NCBI GenBank assembly: GCA_963665275.2
Contig: CAXXIN010000019.1
Location: 169,444 to 233,443 of the forward strand
Length of the DNA: 64,000 nucleotides
Reading direction: 5' to 3'
Origin: Negativicutes bacterium
GTDB lineage: Bacteria > Bacillota > Negativicutes > UBA1444
Part shown: positions 1 through 9,686 of the stretch, piece after piece
Layout: every line of letters begins with the position of its first letter
How positions within the stretch are numbered: position 1 is the stretch's first letter
Made by a program: the position numbers and the translations under genes
Notes under the pieces: generated by a model
Database searches by the model: none
What the model was told of the DNA's origin: nothing
The model's input: only the letters and a program-made list of their open reading frames with translations

Positions 1-22
1 TAATGCGCATGCCTATTCACCC

Positions 23-1567
23 CTATCTTCCAACGGTTCCGGTACTGTTGATCAATTTGTCGAGCATTTCATCCATGGTGGTGAGTACTCGTGCCGATGC
101 GTTATAACCTTTCTGGAAGCGAATCATATTGGACATCTCTTCATCCAGGTTCACGCCGGAAACCGATTGCCGCCAGCTCTCGATCTGGTCGACTAATATT
201 TGCTGATTTTCCGTAAGCCGAGTGGCGCTTTCGCCTTGGACACCCAATGCGCCGATCATGGATGTATAAAAGCTGGAAAGGGAAGCTGAACTTCCGAGCG
301 TTGCATTATATCCAGCGCCCAAAAGAGTGGTGTCCTGCACATTGATCCGGAGCGCCTGGCCCAATTTGAGAGCATTGGTTCCGCTGGCATCCCCTTCAGT
401 GGCCAAAGCCTTCGCTGCAATTTTTTGCAACCCTGTCGGATTAGTTTTCTGGTCGTAGAATTCAGCGTTCACGCTCAGCTCCGAAATCCAATCCCCTTTC
501 GTTTTGAAATTGGAATCGGCAGGATCCAGGTAAGAGGCATCATCGTATGGAGTGGAACTCTCGCCGAAGAAATTGCGTCCGTTCACTTCATCTTCGCCAT
601 AACCGGCTCGGTGAATAGCGTTGAAATCCCGCAACAGAAATTCGCTGACGGTTGATACCTGATTCAGATATCCTTTAACACCTGTTGTTGTATCATCGCG
701 CATATCAATCAAGCCCTGCAGTTCACCACCGCCCAGCGTCACCGATACTCCATTGACTTGCAAATTGAGCACCTCATAATTATAATCAGGATCCTTCGAT
801 GCATAGGTTTCAAGGGTTGTCGAGCGATTGGCGTTGACCAGAGTGAGCGAACCGCTTTGCACCGTGTAATTGCCGTCATTGTCCTCTGTGACTCTCACAT
901 TGACGAGTTGAGATAATTGGTCAACCAGCAAATCGCGCCGATCCCGAAGGTCATTGGCCGAACCGGAATTATTGTTTCCGATTTCGCTGGTGGAAATTTG
1001 TTTATTCAGCATTAAAATATCGGCCGAAATTTGGTTCACAGTGGACACTTTCAAACTCAAATCGGAGTTTATACCCGAAACAATATCGCGCAACTGGGTA
1101 TTGGCCTGTTGAACGCTATCAACCAACTCCGCACCACGCTGAATTACCAAACTTCGAGTACTGTCATCGGATGCATTGGTTGCCAGCGACTGCCACGAGG
1201 ACCAAAATTTGTCCAAAACAGTCTTAAGGCCCGTATCCGTTGGTTCATGAAAGACGCCTTCCACCTGTGAAAGTAAATTTTTCTGTGTTTCACCGTAACC
1301 AAGCGTCGAATTCTCTTTCCACATCTGCTGATCCATAAAAGTATCACGGGCGCGGGTAATCGACTGGATGTCCACCCCGGTTCCAAGCTGCATTCTGCCA
1401 CTGGAGCCATAAATAGCTTCAGGCAAACTTGAACTCAGGTTTACCGCCTGCCTGGAATATCCTGCGGTATTGGCGTTCGATATGTTATGCCCCACGGTAT
1501 TCAGAGCGACCTGATTTGCAGTGAGTCCACGCACAAGCGTATTGAGCCCACCAAATGATGAAGACAT
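23..1567 (-). CDS. flgK: Flagellar hook-associated protein 1
   Basis: N-term 'LNTVGHNISNANTAGYSRQ' and C-term 'SVSGVNLDEEMSNMIRFQKGYNASARV' FlgK signatures; next to flgN/flgM. Confidence 0.96.
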   Translation of the reverse strand: MSSSFGGLNTLVRGLTANQVALNTVGHNISNANTAGYSRQAVNLSSSLPEAIYGSSGRMQLGTGVDIQSITRARDTFMDQQMWKENSTLGYGETQKNLLSQVEGVFHEPTDTGLKTVLDKFWSSWQSLATNASDDSTRSLVIQRGAELVDSVQQANTQLRDIVSGINSDLSLKVSTVNQISADILMLNKQISTSEIGNNNSGSANDLRDRRDLLVDQLSQLVNVRVTEDNDGNYTVQSGSLTLVNANRSTTLETYASKDPDYNYEVLNLQVNGVSVTLGGGELQGLIDMRDDTTTGVKGYLNQVSTVSEFLLRDFNAIHRAGYGEDEVNGRNFFGESSTPYDDASYLDPADSNFKTKGDWISELSVNAEFYDQKTNPTGLQKIAAKALATEGDASGTNALKLGQALRINVQDTTLLGAGYNATLGSSASLSSFYTSMIGALGVQGESATRLTENQQILVDQIESWRQSVSGVNLDEEMSNMIRFQKGYNASARVLTTMDEMLDKLINSTGTVGR

Positions 1568-1570
1568 CTG

Positions 1571-2068
1571 TTACACCCTCCTATCCAGCAGGGCTGATGC
1601 CGCCCTGGAAATCGGCGCTGTCCCGACAGGGGCGTAGGTGTTTTCCGCCTGACTCCGGGTCAGTAAATTCAGGTTATAGTTGACAAAAGCCAGCGCTTTT
1701 TCAGTTAATCTGGCATTGATCAAATTAAGGCTGGAAAGTTCTTTCAAAGTTAAGCTGAAATCAGTATTAAAAGTTCGAATACGCTCTGCGGTATCCTGAT
1801 CAGCCAGATCCATCAACTCGGTCAATGTAGGTCGGTTGTTGGATAACCCACAGGTAGTAACAATAACGGCGGTCGCTTTCGCCCGCCGATGTTCCAGTTC
1901 GTTTCCCTGTATAACCAGCGATTCTTCCAGGCGATTGATAGCTTCGAGTTCACCCGGCTTTCCCTGGACCAGCTGACGCCGCTTTTCTCCACCGAGTTCC
2001 AGCAAACGCTGATACAGCGCCTGCATTTCGTCAAGCACTTCGATTAGGGACTGCCACATTTCCGTCAT
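1571..2068 (-). CDS. flgN: Flagellar export chaperone FlgN
   Basis: 165 aa helical protein with 'ELSSLNLINARL' (N..N motif), between flgM and flgK. Confidence 0.88.
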   Translation of the reverse strand: MTEMWQSLIEVLDEMQALYQRLLELGGEKRRQLVQGKPGELEAINRLEESLVIQGNELEHRRAKATAVIVTTCGLSNNRPTLTELMDLADQDTAERIRTFNTDFSLTLKELSSLNLINARLTEKALAFVNYNLNLLTRSQAENTYAPVGTAPISRAASALLDRRV

Positions 2069-2084
2069 TCGCGGCTCCCCCTAT

Positions 2085-2390
2085 TTATTTTAGTTTATCC
2101 GCCAGCGCACGACCGATCATCTGGTCAGCGATTTTCGAGGCGTCCACTTGGTATTGGCCGGACTCGATCTTAAGGCTGAGTTCGTTGACGCGGTCAGTCC
2201 GGACATCCGGCAGCGCTTTGATGGCTGATATTTTTTGCTGCAAGTCCTGCGCTTCGGTCGACAGGACGACTGCGTCGCTGCGTTGGGAAGCGGATTTGCC
2301 GGCCTCACGGGCCCCCTTGGCGGATTTTGACTGCTCCACACCATACACTTTGTTAGCATTGTTGATGCCGCTGCTGCCTGAAATAATCAT
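2085..2390 (-). CDS. flgM: Anti-sigma-28 factor FlgM
   Basis: 'DAVVLS...PDVRTDRVNELSLKIESGQYQVDASKIADQM' FlgM motif; start moved to ATG 2390 after GAGGTG RBS. Confidence 0.93.
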   Translation of the reverse strand: MIISGSSGINNANKVYGVEQSKSAKGAREAGKSASQRSDAVVLSTEAQDLQQKISAIKALPDVRTDRVNELSLKIESGQYQVDASKIADQMIGRALADKLK

Positions 2391-2456
2391 AATTAACACC
2401 TCTTTATCCGAACTGTCTCGACTTTTTTTGGGTCTGCGACATTCTGTTCATAATAT

Positions 2457-2483
2457 ATATCGCAAAAATGGAGCCGGATATTA
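2457..2483 (-). promoter_or_regulatory. Putative sigma-28 (FliA/SigD) promoter of flgM
   Basis: Minus strand TAAT-N15-TGCGATAT, close to consensus TAAA-N15-GCCGATAT, upstream of flgM. Confidence 0.4.
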
Positions 2484-2517
2484 ACCGACTCCACCTCTTT
2501 TTGAAAAATAATTTTTT

Positions 2518-2919
2518 CTAGCGGTTAAAACGGGTGTGAATTCCTTCACCGGGACGCTTGGCCGGAACCGGTTCGGCCGGTTTCTGGGCACTTCGGGGGT
2601 CAGCCTTGATCTGCTCGAGGACGCGGCGGCCACACTCGCCGCAGACGCGACCTTCGGTGATGAGCTTGCCGCATGTTTCGCAAGGGTACTCCACCTGAAC
2701 ATCTCCGGTGATTCGACCTTTTTTGATCATTTTTAGAATGGTTTTTTCTTCCACCCCGGTTGCTTCATGCACTTCGGGGATCGAGGCCCGCCGGTGATCC
2801 CGCAGATATCTCGCCACTTTTTCTTCATTCTCTTCTTCGGCCCGGTAGCAGTCCGGACACATTCCTGAAGGGTTCTGCATGAACAGTTTTCCGCACTCCT
2901 TGCAATTCGCCAATCCCAT
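2518..2919 (-). CDS. yvyF: Flagellar operon protein, YvyF/TIGR03826 family
   Basis: 'MGLANCKECGKLF...CPDC', HTH-like middle, second CxxC...CxxC; typical position upstream of flgM. Confidence 0.85.
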   Translation of the reverse strand: MGLANCKECGKLFMQNPSGMCPDCYRAEEENEEKVARYLRDHRRASIPEVHEATGVEEKTILKMIKKGRITGDVQVEYPCETCGKLITEGRVCGECGRRVLEQIKADPRSAQKPAEPVPAKRPGEGIHTRFNR

Positions 2920-3172
2920 GCCGTCCCATCCTTCCATTTGCATTAATTCCAATCTTATTATAATATATACCGGCGAGGTCGAAAAAGGCAACAGGTTCGA
3001 TCGGCGCAATTTTTTTTCTGACGGCGGTGAAAATCCAGCAGGATTCTCTCTGTCGTTATCAAATATTAAACAAATATCAGATCGCAAGAATTACGTCCCC
3101 AAACGCATGGATGTCTGATATACTGTAGGTACTGTTGCAATGCATTTTACGACAGGAAAGGTGTCATGCTGC

Positions 3173-3769
3173 ATGAGCAAAACAACGGCCCCAGCTGCTG
3201 CTAAAGTAGCGACTCCCGTCATCGACAACGCAATCGTTGAGAATCTGATTCAGCTGCTCAAGCTCAAGAATCACCGGATTTGCCAGCACAGCTTTCAGGT
3301 GGCGAACTATGCCGTCAGCATTGCGGCCCAGATGCGTCTGCCCAAGGAAGAGATCGAGCGAATCCGTATGGCGGCGGTGCTGCATGACATCGGACAGCTC
3401 TCTGTCCCCAACGCCATCATGTCCAAACTCCCCTATCTCAGCGCGCGCGAAACGAGCCTGTATCGAGGGCATTGCAATGCGGGAGCGGCGATGTTGGAGA
3501 ATATTGAGGCTTTCACCGAATTCATTCCCTATATCCGTTTCCACCATGAACAGTGGGACGGCAAGGGATATCCGAAGCGCCTGAAGGGCGTGAACATTCC
3601 GCTCGGCGCCCGCATCCTCGCGGTCGCCAACTATTACGACCGTTTCATCAACCCCTGCGAGCAAAACTGGGTCAAAACGAAAAAAGAAGCGGTGAAGGAA
3701 CTCAACAACATCGCCGGCACCGTCCTCGACCCCGAAGTCGTCAAAGCCTTCATCAACGCTTTGGGGTAG
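3173..3769 (+). CDS. HD-GYP domain protein (c-di-GMP phosphodiesterase family)
   Basis: 'LHDIG', 'HHEQWDGKGYPKRLKGVNIPLGARILAVA' motifs. Confidence 0.9.
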   Translation: MSKTTAPAAAKVATPVIDNAIVENLIQLLKLKNHRICQHSFQVANYAVSIAAQMRLPKEEIERIRMAAVLHDIGQLSVPNAIMSKLPYLSARETSLYRGHCNAGAAMLENIEAFTEFIPYIRFHHEQWDGKGYPKRLKGVNIPLGARILAVANYYDRFINPCEQNWVKTKKEAVKELNNIAGTVLDPEVVKAFINALG

Positions 3770-3797
3770 GTGACAGGCACCGGTTTCTCTGACATTT
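3769..3797 (+). repeat. RAYT-associated hairpin site, copy A (GGTGACAGGCACCGG + TTTCTCTGACATTT)
   Basis: Overlaps last base of HD-GYP stop codon; reverse complement of the other six copies, including the AAATGTCAGAGA extension. Confidence 0.85.
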
Positions 3798-3814
3798 ATG
3801 GATGAATTGTCCAG

Positions 3815-4474
3815 TTAGCCGTTGGCTAGAGCGAGTGCATGTACGCTGGATGCGCCGGTCTGGCGCAGAACGAGGGCGCATTCTTCGAGGGTGCGGCCAG
3901 TGGTGACGATATCATCGACGAGCAGAATCTGACGACCTTGGATGAGATCTGGCGCGTTTACGAAAAACGCGCCTTTTATATTTTCTGCCCGTTCCCGTCG
4001 ATCCAGCTCCCATTGCGGCGAAGTGGGCCGTCGCCTCTGGAGCAGATCGCCTCCCCACTCCAGCCCCTGCCCGACGCACCAGTCGTGAAAGAGCAGATCA
4101 ACTTGGTTGTAGCCACGTTCCTCCCTCCGGCTCACCGACAGGGGCACGGGGATTGCCAATGCGCCACAGAGAGGTAATCCTGCCAGTTCCACCTCATCCG
4201 CCATCGACAGCAGCCATGCCAAAGGCGCCGCGTTTCCGCGGCGCCTTTGAAATTTCAGTCCATGCAGCAGGCTGCGGACCGCGCCCCTATATCCGGTGAG
4301 CACCTGGCAACTCTCGATATGCCGCATCCCCCGCTCCGCCACATCCAGTCGCCGCGGATTCCACAGTTCATTCAGGCAGCTCGCGCACCAGGCGCCACCT
4401 CTGCCGACTTCCGCCCCGCAGCCTGGGCAGTTGGGCGGAAATACCAGCTGCAGCAGGGTCTGCAGCCAGCTCAC
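3815..4474 (-). CDS. comF: ComF family competence protein (Zn ribbon + PRTase-like)
   Basis: 'FPPNCPGC..CASC', 'RGYNQ', 'LLVDDIVTTGRTL'. Confidence 0.92.
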   Translation of the reverse strand: MSWLQTLLQLVFPPNCPGCGAEVGRGGAWCASCLNELWNPRRLDVAERGMRHIESCQVLTGYRGAVRSLLHGLKFQRRRGNAAPLAWLLSMADEVELAGLPLCGALAIPVPLSVSRREERGYNQVDLLFHDWCVGQGLEWGGDLLQRRRPTSPQWELDRRERAENIKGAFFVNAPDLIQGRQILLVDDIVTTGRTLEECALVLRQTGASSVHALALANG

Positions 4475-6621
4475 GTGAAATCTTCCTGCCGCAGGCGTTC
4501 CGCCAGGAGCGAATGACGGCGGCGCGTCCGGTCGTTGGAAACCGCCGTGCCGAGCGCCGCGCTCGACCCCACCAGGATGACGCGCTGCTTCGCGCGGGTG
4601 ATCGCCGTATACAGCAGATTCCGCTGCAGCATGACATAGTGCCCGCTCACCAGCGTCAGGATGACGATGGGATACTCACTGCCCTGGCTTTTGTGCACGC
4701 TCATCGCGTACGCCGGCGCCAGCGAATCCAGCTCGCTCCGGTCATACGGGACATCACCCTCTGGGTAGCGGACGAGCACCATCTCGTCATCCATGTCCGC
4801 CACACGGCCGATGTCGCCGTTGAACACGCCTTTGTCGTAATCGTTGCGGGTCTGCATGACCTTGTCGCCGACCCGGAAAATCTTCCCGGCGTGCGCCGCC
4901 TCAAGCTTGCCCCGCATCGGCGGATTCAGCGCCGCCTGCAACACTTTATTCAAGTTTTCGACGCCGCAGGCCAGCCGATGCATCGGCGAGAGCACCTGCA
5001 CATCGCGTCCGACATTCACACCTTCATTCGGCAGTTCCTGCTGACACAGCTGCACGACCAGCGCCGCCGCCGCTTCATCATTCTCCACTTCCCGCAGCTG
5101 AAAATCGCGGGTCGTCCGCACATCCGGAAACTGTCCCCGATTGATCCGATGCGCATTCACCACGATCGGACTTTGCCCCGCCTGACGGAAGATCTCGGTC
5201 AGGCGCACCACCGGTGTCGTCTCTGACCGGATAATATCCTTCAGCACCGAACCCGGTCCCACCGCCGGCAGCTGATCGACGTCGCCCACGAGTACGATGC
5301 GGCAGCCGTTCGGCGTCGCCCGCAGCAGATAATACATTAAGAGAATATCCATCATCGAAACTTCGTCCACGATGATCACGTCAGCATCGATCGGGTTTTC
5401 TTCGCCCCTTCCAAACACCGCCCGCCCACCGCGCGACCCTGCCGCTTCCAACAGTCGGTGCACCGTCAACGCTTCGCGCCCTGTCGCCTCCGACAGCCTT
5501 TTGGCGGCACGGCCCGTCGGCGCGGCCAGCACGATCTTGCAGCCCTGCATCGACAGCACGTTCAGCACGGCCTGCACTGTCGTCGTTTTGCCTGTGCCCG
5601 GTCCGCCTGTCATGACCAGCACGCCGTGGCTGCTTGCCGCCCGCACCGCCTCGCGCTGCGCTTCAGCCAGCTGGATTCCCTTCTCCCGTTCGAACTTCTC
5701 CGTCATCGCCGCGACATCCGCTTCTTTCAGTTGTTTCGCCGAATCGCGCAGTTTGAGCAGGCGCGCCGCCACCTGGCGTTCCGCGTGATACAGATGATCA
5801 GGATAAATCAGCGTGCCGCCGCGCGCATCTTCCTTGGCGATCGTTCCCTGCCGCAGCAGCTGGGACAAAACTTCCGCCACGGAATAACTATCGCAGCCCA
5901 GCTCTTTCACCGCCGCCTGCACGAGCACATCCTCCGGCACACAGGTGTGGCCGGTATCCGCCGTGCCAAGCAGCGCATAACGGATTCCCGCCGCGATCCG
6001 GGCGAAATCCTCCGCCTGGGCGCCGCAGGCTAGTGCGATCCGGTCCGCGATGCGAAATCCGATGCCGTCGACCTCTTCCGCCAGCCGATACGGATCCTGC
6101 TCGATCACCGGCACGGCTTCCTCGCCGTACACCGTGTGGATTCTGCGGGCGTACGCGCCGGGAATCCCGTGGGACTCGAGGAAGAACATCAGATCCCGCA
6201 GCTCCGCCTTCGAAGAAAAAGATTCCACGATCATTGCCAGTTTCTTGGGTCCGATCCCTTCGATCTCCAGCAGATGCCGCGGCTCCCGCTCGAGGATATC
6301 GAGAGTCTTCAAGCCGAACCGGGCCACCATGCGAGCCGCCATGGCCGGTCCGATCCCCTTCACAGCCCCTGAGCCGAGGAAACGTTCGATGGCAGGCAGC
6401 GTTGCAGGCAGGATACGGCGCATCCCTTCGCCGCGGAACTGCCGTCCATACTTCGCATGAACCGTCCACGTACCGGATACTTCGATCTCTTCACCTGGCA
6501 GCGGCGCTCCCACGCGCCCCGCCACCACTACCATCCCCTGCTCTGTTTTCAGCCGAAACACGACATATTCGTCCTGCCCCTGAAAGGTTATATTTTCGAC
6601 CACTCCGGCCAATGTATCCAT
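4471..6621 (-). CDS. recD2: ATP-dependent RecD2-like DNA helicase
   Basis: HhH 'KGIGP' repeats, Walker A 'GGPGTGKTT', 'DEVSM', 'GDVDQLP', 'HKSQGSEY', 'LLYTAITRAK'. Confidence 0.95.
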   Translation of the reverse strand: MDTLAGVVENITFQGQDEYVVFRLKTEQGMVVVAGRVGAPLPGEEIEVSGTWTVHAKYGRQFRGEGMRRILPATLPAIERFLGSGAVKGIGPAMAARMVARFGLKTLDILEREPRHLLEIEGIGPKKLAMIVESFSSKAELRDLMFFLESHGIPGAYARRIHTVYGEEAVPVIEQDPYRLAEEVDGIGFRIADRIALACGAQAEDFARIAAGIRYALLGTADTGHTCVPEDVLVQAAVKELGCDSYSVAEVLSQLLRQGTIAKEDARGGTLIYPDHLYHAERQVAARLLKLRDSAKQLKEADVAAMTEKFEREKGIQLAEAQREAVRAASSHGVLVMTGGPGTGKTTTVQAVLNVLSMQGCKIVLAAPTGRAAKRLSEATGREALTVHRLLEAAGSRGGRAVFGRGEENPIDADVIIVDEVSMMDILLMYYLLRATPNGCRIVLVGDVDQLPAVGPGSVLKDIIRSETTPVVRLTEIFRQAGQSPIVVNAHRINRGQFPDVRTTRDFQLREVENDEAAAALVVQLCQQELPNEGVNVGRDVQVLSPMHRLACGVENLNKVLQAALNPPMRGKLEAAHAGKIFRVGDKVMQTRNDYDKGVFNGDIGRVADMDDEMVLVRYPEGDVPYDRSELDSLAPAYAMSVHKSQGSEYPIVILTLVSGHYVMLQRNLLYTAITRAKQRVILVGSSAALGTAVSNDRTRRRHSLLAERLRQEDFT

Positions 6622-6768
6622 CGTTACGTTTCTCTCCGATTTCTTCGTCTGCCAATGAAATAATTATTATTTTTATCAGCAGGATTTTCGATAATTATAT
6701 CGTATCTAATAAAGCGTGTGATATGCCCCAAACATATTTCAGGAAAGAAGAAGGAGCCAGCCCGCATC

Positions 6769-6915
6769 ATGAAAGAATGCATGTATTCCTACCATTACCA
6801 CCGGAACCGCGCCATCGTGCGCAGAGACAGAACAGGGACCCGCTTATTATTCGGAATTCTGGGACTCGCAACGCTTTACGGCGTTTATTGCCTCAGCACA
6901 CTGGTCCGATCCTAA
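6769..6915 (+). CDS. Small (48 aa) putative single-pass membrane protein
   Basis: AAGGAG RBS upstream, hydrophobic 'LLFGILGLATLYGVYCL', followed by a terminator. Confidence 0.5.
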   Translation: MKECMYSYHYHRNRAIVRRDRTGTRLLFGILGLATLYGVYCLSTLVRS

Positions 6916-6936
6916 AGTTTTACCAGCGTTATAGTC

Positions 6937-6970
6937 AAAACCGGAGGATGAAAACCCTCCGGTCTTTTTT
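6937..6970. terminator. Bidirectional intrinsic terminator
   Basis: AAAA-CCGGAGG...CCTCCGG-TCTTTTTT between convergent genes. Confidence 0.8.
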
Positions 6971-6974
6971 TATT

Positions 6975-7643
6975 TTATTCCACATATACGATCTTGTGTT
7001 TGATGGCGAACAACACCGCCTGCGTCCGATCCGTCACTTGAATCTTGCGAAAAATATTCGTCAGATGGTTTTTGACCGTTTTTTCGCTGAGAAACAATTC
7101 GCGGGCAATCTCCGCATTGCTCATGCCTTTGCCGACGAGCCGCAACACCTCGATTTCTCGGACGGACAATCGGTCGCTATCGAGTGTACCCGGTGGCGAA
7201 GGCGCCAACTTCTGCTCTTCCTGGCTGGTAATACCGCGAAACAACTTCTTGGTGAGGGAAGGCTCGACATAAGATTCTCCGGCATGCACCCGTCGGATCG
7301 CCTGCACCATCATCGAAGGCTCCACATCTTTCAGCAGGTATCCGGCCGCGCCGCTCTGGATCATTTTCATCATATAGTTTTCATCGTCGTGAATCGTCAA
7401 CGCCAGGATCCTGATCTCCGGGCACAGTTCCCGCAGCTTGGCAGCCACCTCAATGCCGGTCGCCTTGGGCATGTTGATGTCGAGCAGCAGCAGGTCCGGG
7501 CGCAGCGCGATAGCCTGGGTGACTGCTTCTTCCCCGTCGGCAGCCTCCCCGACGATCTCAAAGTCTGGTTCCAATGACAAAAAGTTTCTAATACCCTGGC
7601 GCAACAAAGGATGATCATCCGCGATGAGAATACGAATTGGCAT
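6975..7643 (-). CDS. NarL/DegU-family response regulator (REC + LuxR HTH)
   Basis: 'ILIADDH', 'LLDINMP', '[30 protein letters not shown]'. Confidence 0.93.
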   Translation of the reverse strand: MPIRILIADDHPLLRQGIRNFLSLEPDFEIVGEAADGEEAVTQAIALRPDLLLLDINMPKATGIEVAAKLRELCPEIRILALTIHDDENYMMKMIQSGAAGYLLKDVEPSMMVQAIRRVHAGESYVEPSLTKKLFRGITSQEEQKLAPSPPGTLDSDRLSVREIEVLRLVGKGMSNAEIARELFLSEKTVKNHLTNIFRKIQVTDRTQAVLFAIKHKIVYVE

Positions 7644-7664
7644 GTTGCCCACTCCTCCCATCCG

Positions 7665-9011
7665 CTATTTCACGATTTTTGCTTTCAAAAAGATCACAAC
7701 TTCTGTTTCATCCTTGGTTGAAGTCACGCTTTGGAACAGTTTGCCGAGAATCGGCAGGTCGCCGAGGAAAGGGACCTTGTTGACACCTTTGATATCAGAA
7801 GTGGAAATCAATCCGCCGATTACCAACGTGGCGCCATCCTTCATCCGTACGTTCGTCTGCGCCGAACGGGTCTTGATCTCGTAGGCCGTCGTGCCGGATA
7901 TTACGACTTTACTGGGAATGGACACTTCGACAAAAACGCTGGCGGTGATGTTCTCGTCCTCGTTGATGCGAGGCACGTAGGCCAAAGTAATGCCGGCATT
8001 CTTGTAAGTTGTGGTATTGGTAGTTGTTCCATTGGTGGTGGTCGGCGTAACGATCGGCAACTGGTCGCCGATAAAGATGGTCGCCTTGTTGCCATTGAAC
8101 GTCATGACGTTCGGTCGCGCCAGGATTTTGGCATCTCCGTTGGTAATGAGCGCATTGATCTTGGCCGTGACGCCGCTAAGACCGAAAGTATATTGTTTCC
8201 CATCGCCAGCCGTAAAAACTGCAATAGGGAGCGAGGCAACGGTTGTTGAACTGCTTGAAGAGGAGGATTCGGGTTGCGTCTGGGATACCGTGCCCCAAGT
8301 CCAGTCGATCCCCAGTTCCTTGGATGCCGATTTGGAAAGGTTGATCACCTGGGCTTCCAACAAAATCTGTTGGTAGGGAACGTCCAGTTCTTTGAGCAGC
8401 TGCCTTACTTTCTCTATCTGTTCCGGCGCACCGTAAGCGATGATCGAGTTGGTCGAGGCGTCGGTATTGATGACCAGTCCCTTGATGCCTGAGCTGTTGG
8501 CGCTGGAAGCGGTCGCTCCGCCGGCCGTCGTTTTCAGGGTCCCGGCATCCGATCCGCTGCTGGCCCCGGGGTTCTCCACCGCGAATTCACTGTCGCTCTT
8601 GCCGCCGCCGACGATGATGTTCTTGATATGGTCAGCCCTGGCATATTTCAGCGTGAAAACGTTCGCCTGACTAAACCCTTTCTCCATCTTCTCCTGAGTG
8701 GAAAAAACGAGGACATTGCCTGTCCGATAGAGACTGAGACCCTTTGTCTTCGTAATAATTTCCAACGCCGAATCAAAGGGAATGTTCTTGAAATCGACGC
8801 TGATGCGGCCGGTGACAGCATCATCGATAACCACATTGACCCTGCCGATTGACGCCAATCCCGTCAGCACATCCCGAACATCGGCATCCACTACGGACAT
8901 CGAAACCATCGGACTATACGCGTAAGCGAACGCCGTAGCTCCCGTTGACAGCAGCCCGACGAAACAGGCCACACAAAGAATCATTTTCCACCTTTTGAAG
9001 CCTGAATTCAT
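7665..9011 (-). CDS. Outer-membrane secretin (PilQ/GspD family)
   Basis: Signal peptide, STN-like domain, 'LDVPYQQILLEAQV', 'KVPFLGDLPILGKLFQS..ETEVVIFL'. Confidence 0.9.
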   Translation of the reverse strand: MNSGFKRWKMILCVACFVGLLSTGATAFAYAYSPMVSMSVVDADVRDVLTGLASIGRVNVVIDDAVTGRISVDFKNIPFDSALEIITKTKGLSLYRTGNVLVFSTQEKMEKGFSQANVFTLKYARADHIKNIIVGGGKSDSEFAVENPGASSGSDAGTLKTTAGGATASSANSSGIKGLVINTDASTNSIIAYGAPEQIEKVRQLLKELDVPYQQILLEAQVINLSKSASKELGIDWTWGTVSQTQPESSSSSSSTTVASLPIAVFTAGDGKQYTFGLSGVTAKINALITNGDAKILARPNVMTFNGNKATIFIGDQLPIVTPTTTNGTTTNTTTYKNAGITLAYVPRINEDENITASVFVEVSIPSKVVISGTTAYEIKTRSAQTNVRMKDGATLVIGGLISTSDIKGVNKVPFLGDLPILGKLFQSVTSTKDETEVVIFLKAKIVK

Positions 9012-9015
9012 TTCA

Positions 9016-9537
9016 TCACTGTCCCATCGTTAATACTTTGGTCCCTGAGGGGCCTTCGAGCGTCACGGAGTTGCCGCCGATGGAGGCGACCCTGTAGGAA
9101 CCAGCCGATTCACCAACCCGATAGGAGCGGCTAATGGTTCCCTGTCTGAGGATAGCCACCCGGGAACCTTCTCCGACGATGACACCGGTCAGCTTCGGCA
9201 ACGGTCCGGCGCTAAAAGCTTGCCCCCCTTTGGTCGGCGAAGCGCCGTTAGGAGGATTGCTGCTGGAAACTGCCAACAACGCCGCATACTCGGCAGGCGG
9301 CGAAAAAATATCGCGCGTCACCTGGCCAACTGTTGAGGTTCCTTGCGGCATCATCGGTGTGCTCGTATTAATGACACTCGTGCCTGGCTTTCCAACAGGA
9401 GTCGCGGCTGCCGGGACAACGGGATCTGGCGCTGCCACCGGCGTCGGGGTGCTGGGTTCATATAGCAGCAGCGCCGCGGCAATCGCCGCCACACCCACTA
9501 GGACAATGAGGAACAGTCTTTTCTTGCTATCTTTCAT
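9016..9537 (-). CDS. Membrane-anchored pilus/T2SS accessory protein (PilP/GspC-like)
   Basis: N-terminal TM, Pro-rich linker, C-term beta domain 'KLTGVI...AIL...YRVGE...YRVASIGGNSVTL', upstream of secretin. Confidence 0.6.
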   Translation of the reverse strand: MKDSKKRLFLIVLVGVAAIAAALLLYEPSTPTPVAAPDPVVPAAATPVGKPGTSVINTSTPMMPQGTSTVGQVTRDIFSPPAEYAALLAVSSSNPPNGASPTKGGQAFSAGPLPKLTGVIVGEGSRVAILRQGTISRSYRVGESAGSYRVASIGGNSVTLEGPSGTKVLTMGQ

Positions 9538-9686
9538 ACCTGTGGCATATCCCCTTTGTGGAACTGTCGATAATAGATATTGTATATACTTTAAAATACT
9601 TATTCAACCATAAGAGGAAAACTCCTGTATTTTGTGGATTATTTTATGCATCGCATCGAAACATCCGCCGTCGTCAAGCCCGATTT

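Noticed and set aside
6033-7577. 514-aa plus-strand ORF and other long antisense ORFs (e.g. 14498-15583, 17620-18801, 29751-31013)
   Set aside because: Shadows of well-supported genes on the opposite strand in GC-rich DNA; no recognisable motifs.
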